DNA of 59,141 bases from a virus (Duplodnaviria > Caudoviricetes): positions 1 through 59,141 of IMG/VR virus record IMGVR_UViG_3300035070_001240; one strand, 5' to 3'. The notes under the pieces were generated by a model. It saw only the letters and a program-made list of their open reading frames with translations. It was not told where the DNA came from and ran no database searches. Of the stretch, positions 27,062 through 35,653 are shown one piece after another. How positions within the stretch are numbered: the stretch's first letter is position 1; each line of letters starts with the position of its first letter. The position numbers and the translations under genes were made by a program.

Positions 27062-27290
27062 GGAGGAGAATTAGATAATTTGTTTGTGATATGCAATAAA
27101 CGCATAACAAATACGCATATACATTCCTTAAATACATAACAAAAACAACGTACATAATATATTCATGGTCATATTATAAAAGTATTATAAGTAATTACGC
27201 CGATCCGCCACTCCTGAACGGGGTTTCGCAGCTTGGAACCGTTCCAAGGTTTTGGCCAAGCCATTGAAATCGCTGGCAAAAAAAAAATCG

Positions 27291-27319
27291 TTGACAGGCT
27301 GGCTGGACCGTGGGATTAT
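27291..27319 (+). promoter_or_regulatory. Major early sigma70-type promoter
   Basis: A10 tract, TTGACA-N17-GATTAT, ahead of the first early ORF with AGGAGG SD. Confidence 0.7.
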
Positions 27320-27385
27320 ACTGGACCAAGCCGGGGTTCCGACCCTATTATTAATCATCCTTACTATTATTAGGAGGAAACAACT

Positions 27386-27565
27386 ATGACTAAACTTACT
27401 GAACAGCAAAAGCTTGCGTTGTACAGGATTTATTCTCGTGATTGGAATAAACCTTCTAGCTATCTAGCGTTTCGGCGTACTGTTCAACAAGGGTTTGATT
27501 GTATCATGGTGCCATACTGCGGTATGTGGCTTGGCATCGAAACAGATGGATATACACACTCTTAA
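27386..27565 (+). CDS. 59-aa early protein (not in ORF track)
   Basis: MTKLTEQQKLAL...GMWLGIETDGYTHS; AGGAGG SD. Confidence 0.75.
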   Translation: MTKLTEQQKLALYRIYSRDWNKPSSYLAFRRTVQQGFDCIMVPYCGMWLGIETDGYTHS

Positions 27566-27579
27566 CATAGGAGGTAATC

Positions 27580-27753
27580 ATGGATAGCCTATATCGTTTC
27601 GCATTCAACGGTCGTAAGAATGAATACGATGAATATGTTATTAAGGCTTGGCGTAATGGTAAGCGTTATGAAAAGGGTGACTATTACACTGATAACTACG
27701 ATGACGCTGTAAATACTATGAACTTGCTTCGCAAGGAGTATTACGATGACTAA
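27580..27753 (+). CDS. 57-aa early protein (not in ORF track)
   Basis: MDSLYRFAFNGRKNEYDEY...; AGGAGGT SD. Confidence 0.7.
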   Translation: MDSLYRFAFNGRKNEYDEYVIKAWRNGKRYEKGDYYTDNYDDAVNTMNLLRKEYYDD

Positions 27754-27949
27754 AAATTTCTATCAAAAATCACCTAGCATTCAGTTGTTTCTTAAATCAA
27801 TATCTGTGGGGGATATTGATAAAGGCGAGTGTCCTACCTGTGGTGATAAGATAGGATCATTTAGGGATACATTATCTGAAAAAGAATATTCTATCTCAGG
27901 TATGTGTCAGTCATGTCAGGATAATGTTTTTGGATTGGAGGAAGAATAA
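27746..27949 (+). CDS. Small zinc-binding protein
   Basis: CPTC...EYSISGMCQSCQD. Confidence 0.7.
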   Translation: MTKNFYQKSPSIQLFLKSISVGDIDKGECPTCGDKIGSFRDTLSEKEYSISGMCQSCQDNVFGLEEE

Positions 27950-28566
27950 TGACTAATATGCATATAACTAAACTTACTGGCAAGCTTGATGGGTTTCGTT
28001 CGTTGTCTTCAAATACAACAACTAATCCTTTCTGCATCAAGATGAACGCAACGACCAAAGATAACATTATCTGCAAAGAATGTTATAGCATGTCTATGCT
28101 CAAAGGATTTCGTAAGAATGCTGCACCAGCCTTACAACGAAACAATGATCTATTAGCTAGTCGTATTCTTGAACCCCATGAAATACCTACGATCCTTGAT
28201 AGGTTCTTTCGTATTCATGCTCATGGTGAAATCCTAAACCTTACACATGCTATTAATATTCTGAACCTTGTTAAAGCTAATCCGCATACTACATTCGGTT
28301 GGTGGAGCAAGCGTAAGGATATTATCAACAAGCTATTCTCTCCGTCTTATGGTGGGTTTGGATTTAAGAAACCATCCAATCTAATCATGATCTATAGCAA
28401 TCCTAAGATTGATGATGTTATTGATACGCCACCTAAATGGTTTGATAAGACGTTCAACAACGTTACCAGCCATCCGTCTGAGAACTGTACTGGACAACGC
28501 TGCAAGGATTGTCTAGTCTGCTACACCAACAACGACACCAACACTATTATTGAGAAGGTAAAATAA
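27949..28566 (+). CDS. Gp88-like Cys-rich protein (radical-SAM-related fold suspected)
   Basis: C...C..CY, RIHAHGE, WSKR, PSNL, C-terminal C....C..C..C. Confidence 0.6.
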   Translation: MTNMHITKLTGKLDGFRSLSSNTTTNPFCIKMNATTKDNIICKECYSMSMLKGFRKNAAPALQRNNDLLASRILEPHEIPTILDRFFRIHAHGEILNLTHAINILNLVKANPHTTFGWWSKRKDIINKLFSPSYGGFGFKKPSNLIMIYSNPKIDDVIDTPPKWFDKTFNNVTSHPSENCTGQRCKDCLVCYTNNDTNTIIEKVK

Positions 28567-28568
28567 CA

Positions 28569-28757
28569 ATGATTATAGATAGTCAACTAGAACAAGGTCG
28601 TATTGTAGCTATTAAAGCTCTACGTACTTTGATTGAACGTGACGAGTGGAATCCGATTGAAGCGTTGGATCATGTTATTATTGAATATGGTTTAACGCCA
28701 ATGGAAATTGTAGAGTTTGAGAAAAAAGTAAAGGAGAAATACCATGATTTTATCTAA
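28569..28757 (+). CDS. Hypothetical early protein
   Basis: Operon packing. Confidence 0.5.
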   Translation: MIIDSQLEQGRIVAIKALRTLIERDEWNPIEALDHVIIEYGLTPMEIVEFEKKVKEKYHDFI

Positions 28758-28923
28758 TCTTGAGCTTTCTATCTTCAATAATATTAAAGATAAAAAGCCT
28801 GAGATTACGTTTTGTTCTCGATTACATGACAATGAGTTAACAATCTGGAACAAGATGATTTTCAAGTCTATCGTCCTAGAATACTGGTATGAGGAGTATC
28901 CTGAGTATGTCGAATCCCTTTGA
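28744..28923 (+). CDS. 59-aa hypothetical (not in ORF track)
   Basis: AAGGAG SD; MILSNLELSIF...EYVESL. Confidence 0.55.
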   Translation: MILSNLELSIFNNIKDKKPEITFCSRLHDNELTIWNKMIFKSIVLEYWYEEYPEYVESL

Positions 28924-29170
28924 TAAAGAACGTGAAGCTTACAACGCCTATGCTGTGTATGTTAATCCATTAGACTTAGCTGAATACAGGATCATTAAAA
29001 CATTCGATGATCCTAAATTGGAAAACGATAACAGTAACTGGCTAGTCGTAACTCGTAACATGTGGAGTGGTGATTATGATGATGTAAAAAAGATTAAGGC
29101 AAGAGAAGTAAAAAACTATTCTTTCCTGTTATCCTGTACAGACGATTGGAGTAAACACTATGCGTCTTGA
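28907..29170 (+). CDS. Hypothetical early protein
   Basis: GAGGAG SD before MSNPFDK. Confidence 0.55.
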   Translation: MSNPFDKEREAYNAYAVYVNPLDLAEYRIIKTFDDPKLENDNSNWLVVTRNMWSGDYDDVKKIKAREVKNYSFLLSCTDDWSKHYAS

Positions 29171-29261
29171 TGACAAGATTGAACTAGTTATTATCCTAGC
29201 CGTAGTTGCTATCGTTGTTTCAACTCTTCTGATTATGAAAGATCACACATGGCCTATCTGA
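29160..29261 (+). CDS. 33-aa single-TM peptide
   Basis: GGAG SD; MRLDDKIELVIILAVVAIVVSTLLIMKDHTWPI. Confidence 0.5.
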   Translation: MRLDDKIELVIILAVVAIVVSTLLIMKDHTWPI

Positions 29262-29320
29262 TGCTAAAACAAATAGCTATCATCTCTATCTGTGTAACTA
29301 TTCTAATCCTTCTAACATAA
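29249..29320 (+). CDS. 23-aa hydrophobic peptide
   Basis: MAYLMLKQIAIISICVTILILLT; overlaps the upstream ORF end. Confidence 0.3.
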   Translation: MAYLMLKQIAIISICVTILILLT

Positions 29321-29343
29321 ACTAATAGAGGAGCATGAAACTT

Positions 29344-29514
29344 ATGACTAGTGCCATTAAAATCTACAACAATTATGAGGAGATTCCTTGGATAGTAACA
29401 GACTACATTCTATCTGTTAGTGACGCAGATAATATCTACGAAATACCCCTTGACGAAATCAACGATTTTCTATACAACTTAGAAGATCACTATGAAACGG
29501 CTAATCAGGAGTAA
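29344..29514 (+). CDS. 56-aa acidic protein (not in ORF track)
   Basis: GAGGAG SD; MTSAIKIYNNYEEIPW... Confidence 0.55.
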   Translation: MTSAIKIYNNYEEIPWIVTDYILSVSDADNIYEIPLDEINDFLYNLEDHYETANQE

Positions 29515-29521
29515 CATAGCC

Positions 29522-30454
29522 ATGAACAACATCGTAAATCTTAACAACGTCATCATGAACCCGTTTGAACAGAGCTTTAATGGAAGCGTCTTAGACTTCA
29601 GCATCACAACTGGTGAAGTATTTACACCAATGTTTGAAGAGTCTTCTGGTGAGAAGAAGGCTGTAATCAAGATGGATGATAATGGTAATCCTGTTGATTG
29701 GTGGGTAGTGGGTAAAGACTACTACGTAAAATCACATAGGGATTTCTTTGGATCAATCGAACGTGAGCTTATGAATAACATTGATCCTAATCATCTGTCT
29801 GGTGTTGAGATTACGACAAAGTCTAGTCGAGGTGGGCGTTGGGGTATGCGTCAATATGTTTTCCCCAACGTTACTTGTCCCGTTGAAACCAATACAGGAT
29901 TTACAACTGATATTAATCTTCGTATTGTTTCCTGGTCAGGATTGGATGGAGGTACTGCAAACAATTACATCATCGGATTGTTTGATGGGTACTGTCTAAA
30001 CGGTTGTGTGTTTACTAGAGCAGCTAATAAAAAAGATGCTTATGTAAAGCGATACAAGCGTAACAGTAAGAACTTCAATCTTGATTTCTTCTGCGCTGAT
30101 ATTATGAATGCTGTAGAGGTATTCTATGAACAGTCAAAAGAGTTTCAGTTGATGGCTCAAAAGCCTCTATCCCTTCAACAAGGATGGGATTTTATTGAGA
30201 ATATCAAAACATTCTCTGAGGCTAAAAAAGAGTCAATGAAGGAGTTGTTTACTCGTGAATTAACTGTACGGGGTAACAACGTATTCAGTCTGCATAGTGC
30301 CTTCACTAACTATTCTTCACACAAGAATGATGATCTGTTTCGTAGTCGTACTACTAAACACGAAGATGTAGAGGCAGAAATCCTCTTCAAGCGTGAAGAA
30401 GAAATTACTAACATTCTCAACAGCAATAGCTGGCGTGAATTGTTAGCAGCCTAA
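29522..30454 (+). CDS. DUF932-like early protein
   Basis: VGKDY...H..FF, SGLDG, CLNG, NVFSLHSAFTNY..H; start moved to the ATG after AGGAG. Confidence 0.6.
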   Translation: MNNIVNLNNVIMNPFEQSFNGSVLDFSITTGEVFTPMFEESSGEKKAVIKMDDNGNPVDWWVVGKDYYVKSHRDFFGSIERELMNNIDPNHLSGVEITTKSSRGGRWGMRQYVFPNVTCPVETNTGFTTDINLRIVSWSGLDGGTANNYIIGLFDGYCLNGCVFTRAANKKDAYVKRYKRNSKNFNLDFFCADIMNAVEVFYEQSKEFQLMAQKPLSLQQGWDFIENIKTFSEAKKESMKELFTRELTVRGNNVFSLHSAFTNYSSHKNDDLFRSRTTKHEDVEAEILFKREEEITNILNSNSWRELLAA

Positions 30455-30465
30455 TCTTACAAATA

Positions 30466-30500
30466 GTCTAGGCCAGTCTGTTATTCGGGCTGGCCTAGAC
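30466..30500 (+). other. 15-bp hairpin without U tail (processing or stabilising stem)
   Basis: GUCUAGGCCAGUCUG-UUAUU-CGGGCUGGCCUAGAC. Confidence 0.6.
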
Positions 30501-30546
30501 ATGTAATCTAAACATTTTATGGAAGTTAAAGAAAGACAACTAAGCA

Positions 30547-30663
30547 ATGAGTATCATCAAATGTTCTAAATGTGAAACAACTGCAACTGTAATTCTGGAC
30601 AATATGTATTATTGTTCAGTGTGTGGACTTAAAAAAGTAAAAGGAAACCATCGTCATGACTAA
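30547..30663 (+). CDS. 38-aa zinc-ribbon peptide
   Basis: CSKC...YCSVC. Confidence 0.5.
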   Translation: MSIIKCSKCETTATVILDNMYYCSVCGLKKVKGNHRHD

Positions 30664-31093
30664 TCCAATCAAGCGTGTTCAAGTCTATTGGAACGTTCAC
30701 AAAGAATGCTGGTCAGTACGTGATAAGAAAACAAACAAAGTAATTGCTCATACTGATTCTATCATGTTGGATAATGCTAGATTTGTAGTACATGAATCTG
30801 GTCGTAAACGTGTGCTACGTGAACAGCGAAAGAATGTACATGCCTATGTAGAAGGTGATGTTTGTATTCGTAGCTATACTAATACAGATTATGCCATCTA
30901 TAAAAAGATGGATAATCCTGTACAAGTACGTTATAATCCATACCAAGGTAATAGCTTCTATCTAAACAATCCTAACTTCCATAACGATAAGATTAAAAAA
31001 GCTATTACTGAAGCTAACTCTACCGTTGTTATGAAAAAGTCTAATAACGGCAAAGGTAAAGTCTACATTGATTATAACAAGGAGTTTATCTAA
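30656..31093 (+). CDS. Phage protein of unknown function
   Basis: VYWNVHK..WS...GRKRVLRE.RKNVHAYV.G...YNPY. Confidence 0.65.
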   Translation: MTNPIKRVQVYWNVHKECWSVRDKKTNKVIAHTDSIMLDNARFVVHESGRKRVLREQRKNVHAYVEGDVCIRSYTNTDYAIYKKMDNPVQVRYNPYQGNSFYLNNPNFHNDKIKKAITEANSTVVMKKSNNGKGKVYIDYNKEFI

Positions 31094-31267
31094 GCACATG
31101 GATACATCAATACTATATCCTTCGTATGTTGAACAGTCTATTCGCAAGTCTGATGGTGCTGTCTGTACTTGGGTAAAGGCATATGCTGTATTACCTAAGC
31201 ATGAAATAGTAAACTATTCCAGCGAATGGATTCTTGTGAACGTAAAGAAACCGTAAGAGTAATAACT

Positions 31268-31672
31268 ATGACAAAGATATCTTCTTTGTCTAAGGGAATA
31301 GAGGCGGCTAGGTTAGTCGCCTCTTTTTCTGATAGGCATAAACATAAGATGGGTAGTGTAATAACAGATAAAAATAATAATATTATATCAATGGGATGTA
31401 ATAGTACTAAGTCTCATCCTATTCAATATCACTACGCAAAACATATAAATAACAAGAAGATATATCTACATGCTGAAATATCTAGTATTATTAAATTAAA
31501 TAACAAACAAAGCTCTAAACCTTATAGGCTATTTGTTACTAGGCTTTTAGCCAATGGTAATATATCCATGTCTAAACCCTGTCCTATATGTCTAGCAGCT
31601 ATTATAGAAGTTGGTATAAAAGAAATTATATATACTGACAGCAATGGAATTATTAGGAGGATCGAACTATGA
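31268..31672 (+). CDS. Cytidine/deoxycytidylate deaminase-family protein
   Basis: HAE and SKPCPIC zinc motifs. Confidence 0.8.
   Translation: MTKISSLSKGIEAARLVASFSDRHKHKMGSVITDKNNNIISMGCNSTKSHPIQYHYAKHINNKKIYLHAEISSIIKLNNKQSSKPYRLFVTRLLANGNISMSKPCPICLAAIIEVGIKEIIYTDSNGIIRRIEL
31300..31330 (+). terminator. Intrinsic terminator-like element inside the deaminase 5' end
   Basis: AGAGGCGGCUA-GGU-UAGUCGCCUCU then UUUUCU. Confidence 0.6.
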
Positions 31673-31857
31673 AAATAGATATAACAAAGATACCTAACGT
31701 TGGTTATAAGGTACACAAAGTACGTATGTCAAAGGATATGTTTACAAAGGATAGTCCATATAAACCAAAAACATATAATGGGAAAACAAAGAAGAGTATA
31801 TCTAAAAAACAATGTAGGAATAATCTTAAAAGAATATGTCTAGACATATCTGTATAA
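31669..31857 (+). CDS. Small basic protein
   Basis: AGGAGG SD; SPYKPK motif. Confidence 0.5.
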   Translation: MKIDITKIPNVGYKVHKVRMSKDMFTKDSPYKPKTYNGKTKKSISKKQCRNNLKRICLDISV

Positions 31858-32000
31858 TTATTTATAGAGATATGTCTAGACATATGTCTAGAGAATAAGA
31901 TTATAAAGATAATGTATAAAGAATAAGATTATAAATATAATGTCTAGACATATGTCTAAACATTATCTATATAAATATTTCTATAAATATCTATATAATA
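31834..32000. repeat. AT-rich palindrome/direct-repeat array, candidate replication origin
   Basis: Repeated palindrome ATGTCTAGACAT and direct repeat agaataagattataaa(g/t)ataatgt x2. Confidence 0.6.
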
Positions 32001-32025
32001 TTCTCTTCCCTTCGCCTCCTTCCCC

Positions 32026-32088
32026 ATCCTAGCATACCCGACACGGGTTTGTCAAGGGGTTGACAAAAATTTTTTTTGGGGGTAGGTT
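32026..32088. promoter_or_regulatory. Back-to-back divergent sigma70 promoters
   Basis: TTGTCAA-GGGG-TTGACAA; plus strand TTGACA-N17-TAGGTT, minus strand TTGACA-N18-TAGGAT with extended TG. Confidence 0.65.
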
Positions 32089-32147
32089 TCGCCGTGTCAC
32101 CAAAACATGTTCAATCTTTAAGCTAACTTAACTGGAGAAACAAGGAA

Positions 32148-32450
32148 ATGACAACTACTTTTGATTTTAAGAACGGTAACGGTCCAGTTCCTGCTCATAG
32201 ACACTCTAATGGTGGGGGTTGGATAGCAGATACAGCCACAGTAGCAGATACAGCTTATGTTGGTCCTGATGCTCAGGTCTATGACAATGCTTGGGTCTAT
32301 GGCAAGGCTAGGGTCTATGGCAAGGCTAGGGTCTATGACGATACATGTAATCGACTCTCTGACCGTGCAGAAAAGTCTGATACCAATGAAAACATCTTTA
32401 TTGAAATGAATGACAAGCGATACAAACTTGTAGAGGTAGAAAAATCATGA
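32148..32450 (+). CDS. Hexapeptide-repeat (beta-helix) protein
   Basis: AQVYDN AWVYGK ARVYGK ARVYDD; 18-bp tandem repeats. Confidence 0.7.
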   Translation: MTTTFDFKNGNGPVPAHRHSNGGGWIADTATVADTAYVGPDAQVYDNAWVYGKARVYGKARVYDDTCNRLSDRAEKSDTNENIFIEMNDKRYKLVEVEKS

Positions 32451-32932
32451 ACATCTTCTATTTACATTCTGATCCTGTTACATGTGCCGAATGGCATTGT
32501 GATAAGCACGTAGTCAAGATGATCCTTGAATACGCTCAGTTGCTGTCTACAGCTCATCATGAACTTGATGGTACACCATCAGTCAACTGCTACAAATCAA
32601 CGCACAGAAACCATCCTAGTGCCATCTGGGTCAGGACTAATCGCAAGAACTATCGTTGGTTATGGCGTTTACTTGATGCTACAGCCACTGAATACACTCA
32701 TCGCTATGGTAAGGTACATGCTACAAAACTAAAAGGCATTGTAGACAGTCTTAAATCCTGCCCATATGAATTATTAGAAGGTATCTCAATGACACCTATG
32801 CCTCAATGTATGCCTGATGAATACAAGGTTGACAACGATCCAATTCAAGGATATCGTAACTATTATCTAAATGATAAAGCATACATGGCTAAGTGGACTA
32901 ATCGTAAACAACCTGAGTGGTGGGCAGTATAA
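32447..32932 (+). CDS. Pyrimidine-dimer DNA glycosylase-like protein
   Basis: MNIFYL...DKHVVKMILEYAQLL, H.NHP, YRNYY. Confidence 0.75.
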   Translation: MNIFYLHSDPVTCAEWHCDKHVVKMILEYAQLLSTAHHELDGTPSVNCYKSTHRNHPSAIWVRTNRKNYRWLWRLLDATATEYTHRYGKVHATKLKGIVDSLKSCPYELLEGISMTPMPQCMPDEYKVDNDPIQGYRNYYLNDKAYMAKWTNRKQPEWWAV

Positions 32933-33453
32933 TGTTTGAAAAAATATTTAGCATTTCAAAAGATTTTCTATCAACAGAACAACGTGACAAGATGCTTGTT
33001 GATTTGTTTATCAACAAGAAGTTTTCCTTTCCACCTAAGTCTGACATTGGTAGAGAAATAAAGAATATAATCAAGGATCATAACAAGTCAAACAACTGGT
33101 ACTTCAATCTAGATCGTATTGAACATATTAAACTGTACTACATGGATAACGATAAGCCTTCTTCGTTTCCTATTATGCTGCCTTCTCTTGAAGTACCAAA
33201 GTCTATGCAGTATCATCAGAAGCAACGAAAGATTGTTGCATTTAGCAAGATCAACGATAACGTAGAAAATGTTATGGGTGGTGATCTTTATATCAAATCG
33301 TTTGATGGTATTAATCTAAATCTTACAGAGGTATCTAAACCTGGAGATTTGATTATCTTCCCTTCCTTTGTACCTTTCAACATTATACCCGTAGGTAAGA
33401 ATGAACGTGCTGTTTATCTACAGTGTATCATTCAAGGATTATCGTTTAGATAA
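32932..33453 (+). CDS. Degenerate 2OG-Fe(II) oxygenase-like protein
   Basis: RKI, GGDL, GDLIIFPSF..., PV..R fold motifs but no HxD or distal His. Confidence 0.55.
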   Translation: MFEKIFSISKDFLSTEQRDKMLVDLFINKKFSFPPKSDIGREIKNIIKDHNKSNNWYFNLDRIEHIKLYYMDNDKPSSFPIMLPSLEVPKSMQYHQKQRKIVAFSKINDNVENVMGGDLYIKSFDGINLNLTEVSKPGDLIIFPSFVPFNIIPVGKNERAVYLQCIIQGLSFR

Positions 33454-33465
33454 AAGGATTGAAGA

Positions 33466-34023
33466 ATGTTTATTGACCCATTTTATTATATTCAAAGATC
33501 ATTCATTGACAATGATGAAGCGGAATATCTCGTTGATATTTTAAATAATAATTCCAATAATAAATTAAAAGCTTCAATAGAAAATGGAAGTGATTATAAC
33601 ATTAGATCAACTAATGTTTATTTTATGCCAGATGAAATATATAGTGATTTCAATAATATGTTCTATACTTATTGCCTTAATATAAATAATTTATTGGGAT
33701 GGAATTTTGATATTACTAATACTGAAACAGTACAATTACTTGAATATAAACAAGGTGATTTTTATAAACAGCATATAGATATATTAAATAAGAATAATAA
33801 AAATCAACAAAGAAAAATTACTGTAGTTGTTTTTCTTTCTAGCCCCGACACGTATGAGAGTGGCGAGTTTGTTTTGTTTGACGGCGGTGACGAGTTTTCT
33901 TTTCGGCTTGACAGGGGCGATGCGATTGTGCTACCGTCCTTCGTTCCTCACGAAGTTCGACAAGTTAGTAGTGGAACAAGATATTCTTTAACAGCCTGGA
34001 TCAGTGGACCCACATGGAGATAG
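33466..34023 (+). CDS. 2OG-Fe(II) oxygenase (prolyl-hydroxylase-like)
   Basis: Y..HID, RKIT, PSFVPHEV..V..G.RYSL..W..GP. Confidence 0.88.
   Translation: MFIDPFYYIQRSFIDNDEAEYLVDILNNNSNNKLKASIENGSDYNIRSTNVYFMPDEIYSDFNNMFYTYCLNINNLLGWNFDITNTETVQLLEYKQGDFYKQHIDILNKNNKNQQRKITVVVFLSSPDTYESGEFVLFDGGDEFSFRLDRGDAIVLPSFVPHEVRQVSSGTRYSLTAWISGPTWR
33908..33937 (+). promoter_or_regulatory. Possible internal promoter
   Basis: TTGACA-N18-TACCGT with extended TG, ~90 nt before the 34027 ORF. Confidence 0.35.
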
Positions 34024-34026
34024 GAT

Positions 34027-34410
34027 ATGAACGATGATGATCTTTTGGAAATACCAGACTTTCTAAAAAGAAAGTATGATCCTTCTAAAAAATTTAAAGA
34101 ATATAAAATAGAAAAGCGTACATGGGTCATGCCTGATATGGAATCGTTCAAGCGTGAAAGGGAAGAAAGAGAAAAAAGAAAACATGAAATCATTATAGAG
34201 AAGCAAGAAAGAAAACAAAGAAAGAGAAACAAGTTTAAGATTGAAGGATATGTTATTGAAGCTATGTCAAAAGGACATAACACTTTTGGACAAATTAAAA
34301 ATAACATTCCTTCTGATATTGAAGATAAAGATATTAAGACAGCTATAACTAGACTTATAAATAAAAATAAAGTAATCAAAGTAACAAGACGTATTTATAA
34401 ACTTAAATGA
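34027..34410 (+). CDS. Protein with FtsZ-tail-like N-terminus, charged helix and possible winged helix
   Basis: MNDDDLLEIPDFLKRK; C-terminal TFGQI...IKTAITRLINKNKVIKVTRRIYKL. Confidence 0.6.
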   Translation: MNDDDLLEIPDFLKRKYDPSKKFKEYKIEKRTWVMPDMESFKREREEREKRKHEIIIEKQERKQRKRNKFKIEGYVIEAMSKGHNTFGQIKNNIPSDIEDKDIKTAITRLINKNKVIKVTRRIYKLK

Positions 34411-34426
34411 AAGTAAAGAATAAGTA

Positions 34427-34666
34427 ATGATAAAATATGCTCTTGTTATTTGGATGGACGCAGCGACAGTAAATGATTGGCATGATTCAAAAGATGACGG
34501 CCCAACTATTGTTTATAGCTGTGGCTTGTTAATCAAGGACGAGCCAGAATATATCACTTTGTCATCCTGTCAGGAACAAGACGACATGACAGTCAACGGA
34601 AGTATTTCAATTCCACGATCTTACATTATTAAAATGGAGACACATGAATGGAAGTTCAAGTCATAG
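34427..34666 (+). CDS. Small phage protein
   Basis: WMDA...S.G.L...IPRSYI. Confidence 0.6.
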   Translation: MIKYALVIWMDAATVNDWHDSKDDGPTIVYSCGLLIKDEPEYITLSSCQEQDDMTVNGSISIPRSYIIKMETHEWKFKS

Positions 34667-35316
34667 ACTTTATGGGTTCTGATCTTACTGTAGTGAATGC
34701 AGCAAGAGTCAGTTTTGAAAAAGAAAGTGAAGCAGAATATTGGGAGTATCTAGATTTAGGACAAACGTCTGGTGACCTTGTAGCTGTCTTAAATGAAAAA
34801 GATCAGAAGCTTATTAAGTATCTAGCAAAGCATAATCACTGGACACCCTTTGGACACCCTCAAGTTACCTTCCGTATCAAAGCACCTATCTTTGTAGCAA
34901 GACAGTTAGGTAAGCATCAGGTAGGTATGGTATGGAATGAGGTTAGTCGTAGATACGTCGATAGTAAACCTGAGTTCTACCGACCATCTTCTTACAGACT
35001 ACGTGCGGATAATGTAAAGCAAGGGTCAAGTGACGAGACTACAGCGTGGATAAATAATGATTATTATGATACGTGTACATATGAATATGAGATGATGATT
35101 GAGGAGGGCATCTGCCCTGAACAGGCTCGTATGGTGCTGCCACAATCTATGTACACCAAATTCTTTTGGACCGGAAGTTTAGCAGCTTGGATGCGTGTGA
35201 TTAACTTACGATTGGATAGTCATACTCAGCAAGAGACAAGAGAAGTTGCGGAACAGATTGCAGGTCACATAAAGACCTTATTTCCTGTTTCCTACGAGGC
35301 TTTAATAAATGTCTGA
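34648..35316 (+). CDS. thyX: Flavin-dependent thymidylate synthase
   Basis: VVNAARVS, HWTPF, APIFVARQL.KH, NEVSRRY, EQARMVLP, HTQQE. Confidence 0.95.
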   Translation: MEVQVIDFMGSDLTVVNAARVSFEKESEAEYWEYLDLGQTSGDLVAVLNEKDQKLIKYLAKHNHWTPFGHPQVTFRIKAPIFVARQLGKHQVGMVWNEVSRRYVDSKPEFYRPSSYRLRADNVKQGSSDETTAWINNDYYDTCTYEYEMMIEEGICPEQARMVLPQSMYTKFFWTGSLAAWMRVINLRLDSHTQQETREVAEQIAGHIKTLFPVSYEALINV

Positions 35317-35653
35317 TATGTACACTGTGGCGTGGTTAGCTGGTTTATTTGAAGGCGAAGCTTGTTTCTCTATGTCTGTGGATAAAAGGTCAGGAGTACC
35401 TAGTTGTCGTATCCACTTCGAATCTACAGACTTGGATATTGTTAAGCGAGTTAAGAGCAACTTTAGAGGTAACTACTATGAAAATAAGGCCCCTTCTAAA
35501 CCCAAGCATTATCAACGTAGTTGGCGATGGCAATTAAATAAAAAACAGGAGGTATATGATCTTCTTATCTTAATAAAGCCATATATGTCTGTTAGAAGGA
35601 GGAAGCGTATTAACGAGTTACTTGTGTGTCTTAAGAAGAAGGGGGTAGATTAA
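35309..35653 (+). mobile_element. Free-standing single-motif LAGLIDADG homing endonuclease
   Basis: WLAGLFEGEACF, STDLDIV, L..IKPYM..RR. Confidence 0.8.

Noticed and set aside
26100-27385. tRNA genes in the intergenic region
   Set aside because: Hairpins are present but I found no cloverleaf with a T-loop and acceptor stem; a tRNA scan would be decisive.
27185-27409. 74-aa minus-strand ORF
   Set aside because: Runs antisense across the early promoter and first gene start with no protein-like features.
35309-35653. Group I intron or intein in thyX
   Set aside because: thyX is complete with its own stop, the ORFs abut with no space for a ribozyme core, and there are no intein terminal motifs.
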